In this document: positions 1-7,808 of the stretch, piece by piece
How the letters are laid out: every line of letters begins with the position of its first letter
How positions within the stretch are numbered: position 1 is the first letter of the stretch
Assembly (NCBI GenBank): GCA_043822705.1
Contig: JBDRBK010000156.1
Coordinates: 1-20,326, forward strand
Source of the DNA: Fidelibacterota bacterium
GTDB lineage: Bacteria > Fidelibacterota > Marinisomatia > Marinisomatales > TCS56
Reading direction: 5' to 3'
Length of the DNA stretch: 20,326 nt
Position numbers and translations under genes: made by a program
Notes under the pieces: model-generated
Databases searched by the model: none
Told to the model about the DNA's origin: nothing
The model's input: the letters and a program-made list of their open reading frames with translations, nothing else

Positions 1-105
1 TTTGAATACATGGAAGTATTTTACAATCGGTTCAGGAAACACTCGGCCTTGGGATACAAATCCCCGGAACAATTTGAACAATTAACTTACAAACAAGCTG
101 TATGA
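1..105 (+). CDS. IS3-family transposase (OrfB/integrase core), C-terminal fragment; 5' part lies outside the window
   Basis: Frame 1 reads [34 protein letters not shown]. This matches the typical IS3 transposase C-terminal motif (YIEVFYNRxRxHSxLGYxSP). Too short for the supplied ORF track. Confidence 0.9.
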   Translation, partial: FEYMEVFYNRFRKHSALGYKSPEQFEQLTYKQAV

Positions 106-140
106 CTTCTCATACTGTCCGTTTTTTTGTTGCAAGATCA
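1..140 (+). mobile_element. Right end of an IS3-family insertion sequence; IRR at about 115-140
   Basis: The transposase stop at 105 is followed by CTGTCCGTTTTTTTGTTGCAAGATCA, ending in the 5'-CA-3' typical of IS3 right ends. The left IR and target duplication are not visible in the window. Confidence 0.8.
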
Positions 141-233
141 AACAATGCCGAACAAGGATTAACGAATGGCGATCTGCGAAGTACCCACCAGGACAACTTC
201 TTACTTCACAAATCGTTGTTAGTTCATCATTCA

Positions 234-273
234 ACACACCCCCCGCTACGCGGACCCCTCTCAAGAGGGGACT
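234..273 (+). repeat. REP-like double-hairpin unit, copy 1
   Basis: ACACACCCC lead, hairpin CCGC-TAC-GCGG (243-253), hairpin CCCCTCT-CA-AGAGGGG (255-270), then ACT. Confidence 0.65.
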
Positions 274-369
274 AAGATCAGTATGGTATTTCAATTCTCA
301 CAGAGCATTAAATAATCACAATACATTTTCCGACACCGCTACGGTCCAGCATTAAACGAACTTTAGTTA

Positions 370-416
370 AGTCCCCTCCCTGGAGGGGTGTCCCGATTTG
401 TCGGGACAGGGTGGGT
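370..416 (-). repeat. REP-like double-hairpin unit, copy 2, inverted relative to copy 1
   Basis: The plus strand has CCCCTCC-CT-GGAGGGG (373-388) and TGTCCCGA-TTTG-TCGGGACA (389-408). The reverse complement reads ACCCACCC-hairpin-CCCCTCCAGGGAGGGG-ACT, the same layout as copy 1. Confidence 0.65.
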
Positions 417-420
417 GGTG

Positions 421-462
421 AATTGTCAATTACATATTAACAATTATCAATTATCAATTATT
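421..462 (+). repeat. Degenerate tandem heptamer array (6 units, consensus AATTATC)
   Basis: AATTGTC AATTACA TATTAAC AATTATC AATTATC AATTATT. Two inverted degenerate units lie at 501-514 (reverse complement AATGAAC AATTTTC). Confidence 0.7.
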
Positions 463-593
463 GGATCGAATTGATTTGTTCAAATTCATGATTGCCGGTT
501 GAAAATTGTTCATTGAGGTCCGCACCAACATCGATTTTTCAGAACCGCCGCTGCCAGTGTAAATTTCTCAGGTTATTAGAAGGGAAATAAGCT

Positions 594-959
594 ATGAATA
601 CTGTGCTGTTATACCTGGGAGTGGTTATCATCACCCTGTGGGGTATCGGGCATCTGGCGCCCACCAGAAACATCATTGCCGGTTTTGGCGATCTATCCGC
701 GGACAATCGCCGTATCATAACCATGGAATGGATCGCCGAGGGACTGACCCTGGTATTCCTGGGCATTCTGGTGCTGCTGGTAAACTGGCTGGCGCCGGAC
801 AGCGTCGGGGCCCTGATCGCGACCCGCGCCGCGGCCGCTATGCTGCTGGCACTGGCAGCCCTGTCGCTGTTCACCGGGGCCCGCACCGCCGTCCTGCCGA
901 TGAAACTCTGCCCGGCGGTCAAGACCCTGACGGCGCTGCTGTTTTTAATCGGTGGTTAA
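594..959 (+). CDS. Small integral membrane protein (about 4 TM), function unknown
   Basis: 121-aa ORF with a purine-rich upstream sequence (AGAAGGGA), four hydrophobic segments and genome-like codon usage. Its stop abuts the next ATG. Confidence 0.8.
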   Translation: MNTVLLYLGVVIITLWGIGHLAPTRNIIAGFGDLSADNRRIITMEWIAEGLTLVFLGILVLLVNWLAPDSVGALIATRAAAAMLLALAALSLFTGARTAVLPMKLCPAVKTLTALLFLIGG

Positions 960-1283
960 ATGGCCCAGCCCGGACTGAATGAACTGATTTACCGGCTGGT
1001 GCGGTTGATCCCCGCCGGCCGGGTGGCCACCTACGGCCAGATCGCCGCTCTGGCGGGCACCGGTCCCCGGCAGGTAGGTTTCGCCATGGCCGCTCTGCCC
1101 CATGCCGATGTACCCTGGCACCGGGTGATCAACAGCCAGGGCCGGGTCAGTCCGCGCATCGGCGGCAATGGCGAACTGGTCCAGCGGGCCCGGCTGGAAG
1201 CGGAAGGCGTGCGGTTCAACCCCGGCGGGCGGGTGGCGCTGAACAAAGTGCTGTGGGAACCGGACCTGAACCGGATTCTATGA
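960..1283 (+). CDS. Alkyltransferase-like protein (ATL; MGMT/Ogt DNA-binding family, YbaZ-like)
   Basis: IPAGRVATYGQIA, the PRQVG helix, and PWHRVINSQG. Trp replaces the acceptor Cys of PCHRV, which is diagnostic of ATL proteins. Confidence 0.92.
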   Translation: MAQPGLNELIYRLVRLIPAGRVATYGQIAALAGTGPRQVGFAMAALPHADVPWHRVINSQGRVSPRIGGNGELVQRARLEAEGVRFNPGGRVALNKVLWEPDLNRIL

Positions 1284-2546
1284 GTCGGTCGCCGGCCGGC
1301 GGTCATACTCACGGATGATCAGCCCGTAGAGGCCCACCCCCAGGGCATACAGGCCGGCCGTGATCAGAAATATCTTGTAATAGGGCAAATCCAGGCTGCG
1401 CAGAACCTGGAAAATCCGGGCGCTGATATACCAGGCGGCGCTCCACATGCTGGAGCTCATGGCGCTGATCAGTTCCTGGTTCTTTTCACCGACAAAATGC
1501 ATGTTCAATTCATTGGAGCTGGGGTTGGACATATTCATCAGCGGCTGGCGCAGCAGGTAGCAGGCCATGGCCACGTACAGCGCCCCCGGCACGGTGGCGT
1601 AAATTTCCGTGAGCGCCATAATGACCAGAAAAAATATCGCCAGCCCCTGCACGCCGATAATGGCGAAGTAATAGCCGAAGCGGCGGCGGATTACCGGCAC
1701 CAGCAGCGCCGCGATGAATACCAGCAGCGAAGCCGCCCCGCCCAGCAGACTGAACTGGTTCGAATCCAGGTAGAACACGGAATTGAAGAACAGATTGATG
1801 AACGGGATCGTCAGCCCGGCGCCCACGGCGATGATCAGGTTGGGAAACAGTACTCTGGTGATCAGGCGCCAATCGTAATCCAGCACCATCCGCTGAAAAT
1901 AATTGCCCAGGGCCATTACCGGCGACCGCGGCGCCCCTTCGCGCAGATTCCGGAACAGCAGGACGGCGGGGAGACTGATGATGATTATCAGCATGAAAAT
2001 ATGGTACTCGTCCCAGGGGATCGTCCAGGCGCCGATGGTCAGTTGACCGAATCCGGTCAGCAGGCCGATCAGACCGCCGGACAGGATAAATGCCAGCGAC
2101 CAGGTGGCGAAACTGAGCGAAATCGCTTCCGGGAGCATCGCCTTGGGGGCGCTGCGCATGATGAACGGCAGGGCGCAGACCTGGAGTAGGACAAAGCCGA
2201 CACCGACCGCGAAAAATCCGATTTTGGTCAGCCATAAATTCCCCAGTGTCACCGACTGGATCACCGTAAATGCCGCCAGCGGAACGATTGCGGCGGACGC
2301 CAGGAAAAACGGCCGCAGCGGCTTGCCCTTGATGAACAATCCCACCGGAAAAGCCAGCGACAGCACACCCAGGAAACGGTAGGAGGTGAACACGGCGATC
2401 AGGTCGTCGGCGTAGCCCAGCTTGCGCAGGTAGAGATTACCAATCAGCATGAAAACAGCATTGACCATAAACAGCAGCAACTGGGCGACAATCAGACGCA
2501 GGACCGGGGCCGGCAGACTCAGGTAGCGTCGCAGCAGATTTTTCAT
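1278..2546 (-). CDS. Major facilitator superfamily transporter
   Basis: 422 aa with about 12 hydrophobic helices in two halves, and an MFS-like second half (IIAVGAGLTIPFINLFF...RRRFG). Substrate unknown. Confidence 0.85.
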   Translation of the reverse strand: MKNLLRRYLSLPAPVLRLIVAQLLLFMVNAVFMLIGNLYLRKLGYADDLIAVFTSYRFLGVLSLAFPVGLFIKGKPLRPFFLASAAIVPLAAFTVIQSVTLGNLWLTKIGFFAVGVGFVLLQVCALPFIMRSAPKAMLPEAISLSFATWSLAFILSGGLIGLLTGFGQLTIGAWTIPWDEYHIFMLIIIISLPAVLLFRNLREGAPRSPVMALGNYFQRMVLDYDWRLITRVLFPNLIIAVGAGLTIPFINLFFNSVFYLDSNQFSLLGGAASLLVFIAALLVPVIRRRFGYYFAIIGVQGLAIFFLVIMALTEIYATVPGALYVAMACYLLRQPLMNMSNPSSNELNMHFVGEKNQELISAMSSSMWSAAWYISARIFQVLRSLDLPYYKIFLITAGLYALGVGLYGLIIREYDRRPATDS

Positions 2547-2637
2547 AATCCGGCTTCCGGTCCGACAATCAGATAATTATTTTCCATTGTACTATCGAAA
2601 TTACGCTATAATTCAATCCGGTCGGATGTGATTACTG

Positions 2638-2916
2638 GTGAATAAATCCGCTGGCGACCCGTGCCCGGCCGGGTTTAAATTTCCTGAAAAACGGGTAATC
2701 GCTGTGAAAAATTGCAAGCATACAACATTATTGAGCTGGGGGGCGGTGCTGACCACCGGCGGCGCCGCGGGGATCGTCATTTCGACCATCAGTGGCGGGA
2801 GTGGGCTGGCTGACCCCTGGGGGAGCATCCTGGCTTTCATTTTTGGTCTGGCCTGCGGCAGCGGGATCGTCCTGGCCGTTGCCGGATTGATCGGTCGCCG
2901 GGCAGACAACGCTTAG
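2638..2916 (+). CDS. Small two-TM hypothetical membrane protein (start uncertain, possibly GTG at 2704)
   Basis: Fills the gap between two minus-strand genes and has two Gly-rich hydrophobic segments. TATAAT lies at 2607-2612 upstream, and the stop overlaps the convergent gene's stop. Confidence 0.5.
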   Translation: MNKSAGDPCPAGFKFPEKRVIAVKNCKHTTLLSWGAVLTTGGAAGIVISTISGGSGLADPWGSILAFIFGLACGSGIVLAVAGLIGRRADNA

Positions 2917-4262
2917 TGTAATTTCAGGACGCTGCCGCCGATAAATTCCCGGATCAGGCAATCCTGCGGCAGGATCGATTCATCGTCGTACTGATCGATT
3001 TCAGACAATAATTTATAGATCCGCTCGGCCCGCACGTAGGCATCCCGGCGCGTCGAATCATCCTTCCAGGCTTCAATGAAAGCGGGCAGATACTGGAACA
3101 GGTGTTTTTTCATGTAGGGCAGTTCATAGGGCAGGGAACCGTTGAGCACATAGTCCACGCTGTGGATCATCGGGATGATATGTTTCAGTTCGCTGCGGCG
3201 CACATAATGCCAGTGACCGACGGTCTGCATCGGCGCATAGCCGCGGGTGGCGTTATCGCGCACCATCCGCCGCAGCAGGCGGATATCGGCCCAGCGCACC
3301 CACTGCCCCTGGCTGTCCCGCAACTGGGCGATCGTCTCGATATAGATTTTGTATTTCATATTATTTTCGACGCTGCGGGTCAGCGGCTCGTACAGGCCGT
3401 GGAGGGTATCCAGCAAGATCACCTGGTCCGGCTGGATCGTCACGATTTCGCCGTCATCGTAGCGTTTCCCGGCGCCGAAATCATAGCGCGGCAGGCGTAC
3501 CGTCTCGCCACGCACCAGCCGGGACAGATGGTTGTTGATCAGGGCGATATCCAGCGCCACCGGTTGTTCGAAATCGTAATCGCCGTGCTCGTCCTTGGGA
3601 TGCAGTTCCAGGTCGAAGAAATAATGGTCCAGGTTCAGGGGCACGGTGTGGATGCCCAGACGATTCAGATTGGCCGACAGCTTGGCGGTGGTGGTGGACT
3701 TCCCCGATGATGAGGGTCCGGCGACGATAATGATCCGCAGATTTTGGCGCTCGGCCGCAACGGCCTCGGCGGCGGCACGGATACTGTCATCGTAAACGCG
3801 GTTGGCATCACTGACCAGTTCCGGGAAGCTGCCGGCGCGGATATGCTGATTCAGTTTGGTGGTGGTCGCGCAATTATGGTCGAGATTCCAGATCAGTGTC
3901 TCCAGAATCATCCGGTAGGGCAGGGACGTTTCCTTGCCGCTGCGCTCCGATTTGCGATGGCGTTCGCGTTTGCGGTAATCGCGGTACAGAATAAAAGCCT
4001 TGGCGGTGCGGGCGTGACCGTTCTCGATCAGCACTTTTTCGATCACATCCTGGACTTCTTCCACCAGCGGAATGTGGGGCGGCGTATAATATTCATTCAG
4101 CAGACGGACGACCTTCCGGGCGATCTGCTCGCTCAGTTGCCGGTCGTGACCGCCCACTTCCAGGGCGGCGCCGAAAACGGCATTGACGATTTTTTCGGCA
4201 TCGAAGGGTACAATCCGGCCGTCGCGCTTGATAACATTCGTGATTCGATTTTTGTCACCCAC
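2913..4262 (-). CDS. ATP-cone domain fused to a uridine kinase/phosphoribulokinase-family P-loop kinase
   Basis: The N-terminal VIKRDGRIVPFDAEKIVNAV...VEEVQDVIEKVLIENGHARTAKAFILYR is an ATP-cone. The kinase domain has Walker A AGPSSSGKST, LDHYF, YDFEQPVALD, PRYDF and RLLRRMVRD..RG. GTG start with AGGAG RBS (4272-4276, minus strand). Confidence 0.88.
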   Translation of the reverse strand: MGDKNRITNVIKRDGRIVPFDAEKIVNAVFGAALEVGGHDRQLSEQIARKVVRLLNEYYTPPHIPLVEEVQDVIEKVLIENGHARTAKAFILYRDYRKRERHRKSERSGKETSLPYRMILETLIWNLDHNCATTTKLNQHIRAGSFPELVSDANRVYDDSIRAAAEAVAAERQNLRIIIVAGPSSSGKSTTTAKLSANLNRLGIHTVPLNLDHYFFDLELHPKDEHGDYDFEQPVALDIALINNHLSRLVRGETVRLPRYDFGAGKRYDDGEIVTIQPDQVILLDTLHGLYEPLTRSVENNMKYKIYIETIAQLRDSQGQWVRWADIRLLRRMVRDNATRGYAPMQTVGHWHYVRRSELKHIIPMIHSVDYVLNGSLPYELPYMKKHLFQYLPAFIEAWKDDSTRRDAYVRAERIYKLLSEIDQYDDESILPQDCLIREFIGGSVLKLH

Positions 4263-4328
4263 GGGAAAAGACTCCTATCTACTGTTATAATGAAAGTTAG
4301 GCTCAAGGAGACGATTGGTGCAAGAACG

Positions 4329-5177
4329 TTAGGCGGCGTCCCGGGCGGTCCGTCGGGCCAGATACCAGAGCAGGCCGGCGCCCAGCAGCATCAGCAGGCA
4401 CAACACCTGCCCCATCGAAAACGGTCCCAGGACGAATCCCAGATGCTCATCGGGCTGACGGAAAAATTCGATGAAGAAACGGAAAAAACCGTAGCCAAAG
4501 ATGTACAGGCCGGATATGAACCCGGTAAACACTTTTTTACGCCGCAGGGGCCAAACGATGGCAAACAGCACCAGTCCCTCGAACAGCGCCTCGTATAGTT
4601 GCGAGGGATGCCGCAGCCGACCGTCAGCGGCGGCGGGGAAATACATGCCAAGCGCGAAATCGGTGACGCGCCCGTACAGTTCGCCGTTAATGAAATTCCC
4701 CAGCCGGCCGAAAGTGAATCCCAGCGGAATGGCGGGAATGATCAGATCGCTGATTTCAAATATCGATATTTTATTGCGGCGGGCGAACCAGGCCCAGGCC
4801 ACGACGATCCCCAGCACACCGCCGTGATAGGACATTCCGGCAATCCCGGTGAAGCGCAGTTTGCCGCCGGCACGGGAAAACGGCGAAATTATGCCGAGCG
4901 GATCGCTGAGCAACTGGTCGAAATTGTAAAACAGCACGTACCCGAACCGACCGCCGATCAGCAGGCCCAGCACGGCCCAGGTAATCACATTGCTGATGAA
5001 ATCGTCATCGTAGGCCAGCCGTTCGCGCCGGACGCGGTAGGTCGTCAGCAGGTACACGACCGTGAAAGCCACGATATACATCGTGCCGTACCAGCGGATC
5101 GGGAAATTCCCGATCGTGAAAATAGTCGGGTCCATCTGACTAGGCAAATGCTGCCACCAGGATAAAAATGCTGTCAT
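4329..5177 (-). CDS. lgt: Prolipoprotein diacylglyceryl transferase
   Basis: Motifs IRWYG, GGRFGYVLFY, GMSYHGG, GRLGNFINGELYGR, RHPSQLYE and RFFIEFFRQPD. Confidence 0.97.
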   Translation of the reverse strand: MTAFLSWWQHLPSQMDPTIFTIGNFPIRWYGTMYIVAFTVVYLLTTYRVRRERLAYDDDFISNVITWAVLGLLIGGRFGYVLFYNFDQLLSDPLGIISPFSRAGGKLRFTGIAGMSYHGGVLGIVVAWAWFARRNKISIFEISDLIIPAIPLGFTFGRLGNFINGELYGRVTDFALGMYFPAAADGRLRHPSQLYEALFEGLVLFAIVWPLRRKKVFTGFISGLYIFGYGFFRFFIEFFRQPDEHLGFVLGPFSMGQVLCLLMLLGAGLLWYLARRTARDAA

Positions 5178-5219
5178 ATTTAAGATTTCGATTCTATTCG
5201 GATCGGTTTTTTATTGTAT

Positions 5220-7628
5220 TTATCTGTCGTTGGTAAGCACCAGTTTATAACGGGCGTTCTGCTCCACCAGTTCCCGGGTGACAAAATCATTGTGGTATTC
5301 ATTGACCAGGTACAACCTAGTCTGGTCGCAGTAATGGCGGCTGGCGGGCACGCCGGAAACCCCGGTCGGGATGACCGATAACGATTGATCCCAATCGGCG
5401 GTGTCATAAATATGGCGGTGGGAGGCGCCATGGTTGACGGCGTAGGGATTTTTATGGGAATAGGCATAGGGTCCGACTGTATGCGAGCTGCCTTTGGTCT
5501 CAAACGGTCCGCGGTTGAGGTTGAAGATCCGGTCCAGGATTTTCACCCCGCCCATGGGATGCTCCAATGTCAGTATATGGACCGTTCCCCAGCGCCAGCT
5601 GGCCGGTTTGCTGCCGAAGCGGCCGCTTAACTGCTCGACCGCCTGCCAGAAGCTCTTTTGCACGCAGTCCCCGAAGGTCTCAATACCTTCGGTGCTGATA
5701 TCATCGGCCCAGCGCGAGGCACTGTTGCGGGAAATATCGTTTAAAGCAAAACGTGACAGGTAGCTGGTGGAAATATACTTGAGGTACAATTCCTCGCCCA
5801 GCTCGTCCGCCAGCACATTCCGCAGCAGATCATTATAAAGCTGTTCGAAGATCAGGGCCGCCGCGCTGCCGCGGGGATAGCGGCCATCCCAATCCTTCAG
5901 CAGTTGATAGGCTTCACGCTCGATCCGGTTTAGATCAGCTATTTGAGCAATATCTTCCAGGAACTGCGGTTTCAGCTCCTCCACCAGTTTTGACTTGTCG
6001 TCGCCGTGCATGCGGATGAAATCCGCGGTGGTGAACAGCTCTTTTTCATCCAGCATTTCGCGGATGCGATCAATCCGGTAATGCAACGCCGGCCATTGCG
6101 GAATCACCGTTGCGGAATCGTTGCTGACCGACTTGTTGTTGGCCGAGGACACGTAGCCGCGCTCCGGATTGTACTCGTGAGGCAGTTTTTCGAACGGCAC
6201 CAGCCCCTTCCAGTCATATTCATCGGTGGCTCCGGGGACCAGTTCCACGCCGCTCCAGTTTTGCCGGATCGGAACGCCGGCACAGCAGTACAGCCCGATA
6301 TTGCCATCCACGTCGGCATAAGCGATGTTCTGGCTGACGGCGATAAAGGTCCGCACGGCCGCCTTGAAATCCTCCCAGTTGCGGGCCCGGTTAAGCAGGT
6401 AAATCGTACGCACCTCGTCACTAAGCTCGTTGCCGACCCAGCGCATCGAGATCGGTTCATCGGTCTCGGTCTTGAAGCCGGTGACGATAGGTCCGCGGTG
6501 GGTGAAACGGTTCTCACGCTTGACCACCGTACCATCTTTCTGGGGAATTTCCTCCACCCGCACCTCCAGATCACGCCAATCGCCGTTGAACAGGTACTGG
6601 TCGGGATTATCGGGATTGATCGTTTCCAGGTAAAAATCCATATCGTCGACCATCACATTGGTCATGCCCCAGGCGATGCGGTCGTTATGACCAGCCACGA
6701 CGAACGGCGCCCCCGGCAGGGCCACACCGGTGACATTCAGTTGTCCCTCGATCACCTGATGCATCTGGTACCAGATACCGGGGGCCGACAGACCCAAATG
6801 CATATCGTTGGCAAACAGGGGCCGGCCAGTGGCGCTCTTAGCACCGGCGACAACCCAGTTGTTGCTGCCACGAAAAGCGGTAATTCCCAACGCTTCCAGG
6901 GGCTGGGTCTGTGCGACCAGCAACGATTCGAAATCCAGTTCGGCCGGCACTGCAGTAAACGAGGGATAGGCCACGCTGGTCTGTGCGTCCAGGTCGGGGA
7001 CCAGCTCCCGGTACTTGGCCTCGCCTACCTTGCGGCGGATATTGTGCAATACTACTTCGATGCTCCAGGGCATGGTCAGGTCCCAGGCCATGTAGCCGAT
7101 CAGGTTCAGTGAATGCTCCGGCTTCCAGGGCGCCGGCTGGTAGCCCAGGATGGCGAATTCCAGCGGCAGTTTATCCGGATTGTCAACCAGATACTGGTTG
7201 ACGCCATCGGCAAACGCCTCGGCGGCGGCCAGAATTACCGGGTCCATCCGGGCCAGCACCGCCCGGGACTTGTCCGGAATCCGCAGAGCCCGTAACATCT
7301 GGTCGGCGTCGATCAGGTCCGCGCCCAGCACTTCCGACAGGGTGCCGGTGGTGGCGCGCCGGATCAGGTCCATCTGCCACAGGCGGTCCTGGGCCATGCA
7401 ATAACCAGTGGCCCGGTACAAATCACCTGCGTTTTTGGCGTAAATATGCGGTATGGCAAATTCGTCGCGGTAAATCACGACCTCGGCCCGCAGATTTTTC
7501 AGTACCGCGCTGCCGTCGTATTCCGGAATACCGCGCGTGGCCAGGGAACGAAGAAACAATCCGGCCCCGACAATTATGACCGTCAGTAAAACCAGAGAAA
7601 TGATCAGAATCCTGCGCCCAGTTGACAT
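5220..7628 (-). CDS. Penicillin acylase family (S45) Ntn hydrolase with N-terminal membrane anchor/signal
   Basis: IPHIYA, AQDRLWQMD, nucleophile motif GSNNW (Ser255), ANDMHL and IAWGMTN. Strong AAGGAGG RBS at 7634-7640 (minus strand). Confidence 0.93.
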   Translation of the reverse strand: MSTGRRILIISLVLLTVIIVGAGLFLRSLATRGIPEYDGSAVLKNLRAEVVIYRDEFAIPHIYAKNAGDLYRATGYCMAQDRLWQMDLIRRATTGTLSEVLGADLIDADQMLRALRIPDKSRAVLARMDPVILAAAEAFADGVNQYLVDNPDKLPLEFAILGYQPAPWKPEHSLNLIGYMAWDLTMPWSIEVVLHNIRRKVGEAKYRELVPDLDAQTSVAYPSFTAVPAELDFESLLVAQTQPLEALGITAFRGSNNWVVAGAKSATGRPLFANDMHLGLSAPGIWYQMHQVIEGQLNVTGVALPGAPFVVAGHNDRIAWGMTNVMVDDMDFYLETINPDNPDQYLFNGDWRDLEVRVEEIPQKDGTVVKRENRFTHRGPIVTGFKTETDEPISMRWVGNELSDEVRTIYLLNRARNWEDFKAAVRTFIAVSQNIAYADVDGNIGLYCCAGVPIRQNWSGVELVPGATDEYDWKGLVPFEKLPHEYNPERGYVSSANNKSVSNDSATVIPQWPALHYRIDRIREMLDEKELFTTADFIRMHGDDKSKLVEELKPQFLEDIAQIADLNRIEREAYQLLKDWDGRYPRGSAAALIFEQLYNDLLRNVLADELGEELYLKYISTSYLSRFALNDISRNSASRWADDISTEGIETFGDCVQKSFWQAVEQLSGRFGSKPASWRWGTVHILTLEHPMGGVKILDRIFNLNRGPFETKGSSHTVGPYAYSHKNPYAVNHGASHRHIYDTADWDQSLSVIPTGVSGVPASRHYCDQTRLYLVNEYHNDFVTRELVEQNARYKLVLTNDR

Positions 7629-7808
7629 TATAACCTCCTTGAAACGATATAAGATAGCTGAATTTGGATAGAATAATATGTTTAAGACAGAAAAAATTCA
7701 TCGTTCAGCTGATGTAAATTCCCAAGCCGGTTCGATTACCGGCACAGCTATTTCAATCTGTGTAAATTCAGCAGCGCAGATTACAATCGTATAAATTATT
7801 GCAGGACT

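Noticed and set aside
134..280. AAGATCA at the IS end (134-140) repeated at 274-280
   Set aside because: Only 7 bp and not positioned as a target-site duplication; compatible with chance.
82..294. 70-aa minus-strand ORF
   Set aside because: It runs antisense across the IS end and REP-like unit 1, and shows no recognisable motif.
234..516. Possible CRISPR array
   Set aside because: Only two GC-rich units, inverted and non-identical, with no regular repeat-spacer period and no cas genes in the window.
3102..5165. Long plus-strand ORFs (3102-3710, 3744-4598, 4599-5165)
   Set aside because: Antisense shadows of the kinase and lgt genes, expected from GC-rich codon bias; no motifs.
6006..7112. 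368-aa plus-strand ORF
   Set aside because: Codon-aligned antisense shadow of the penicillin acylase gene.
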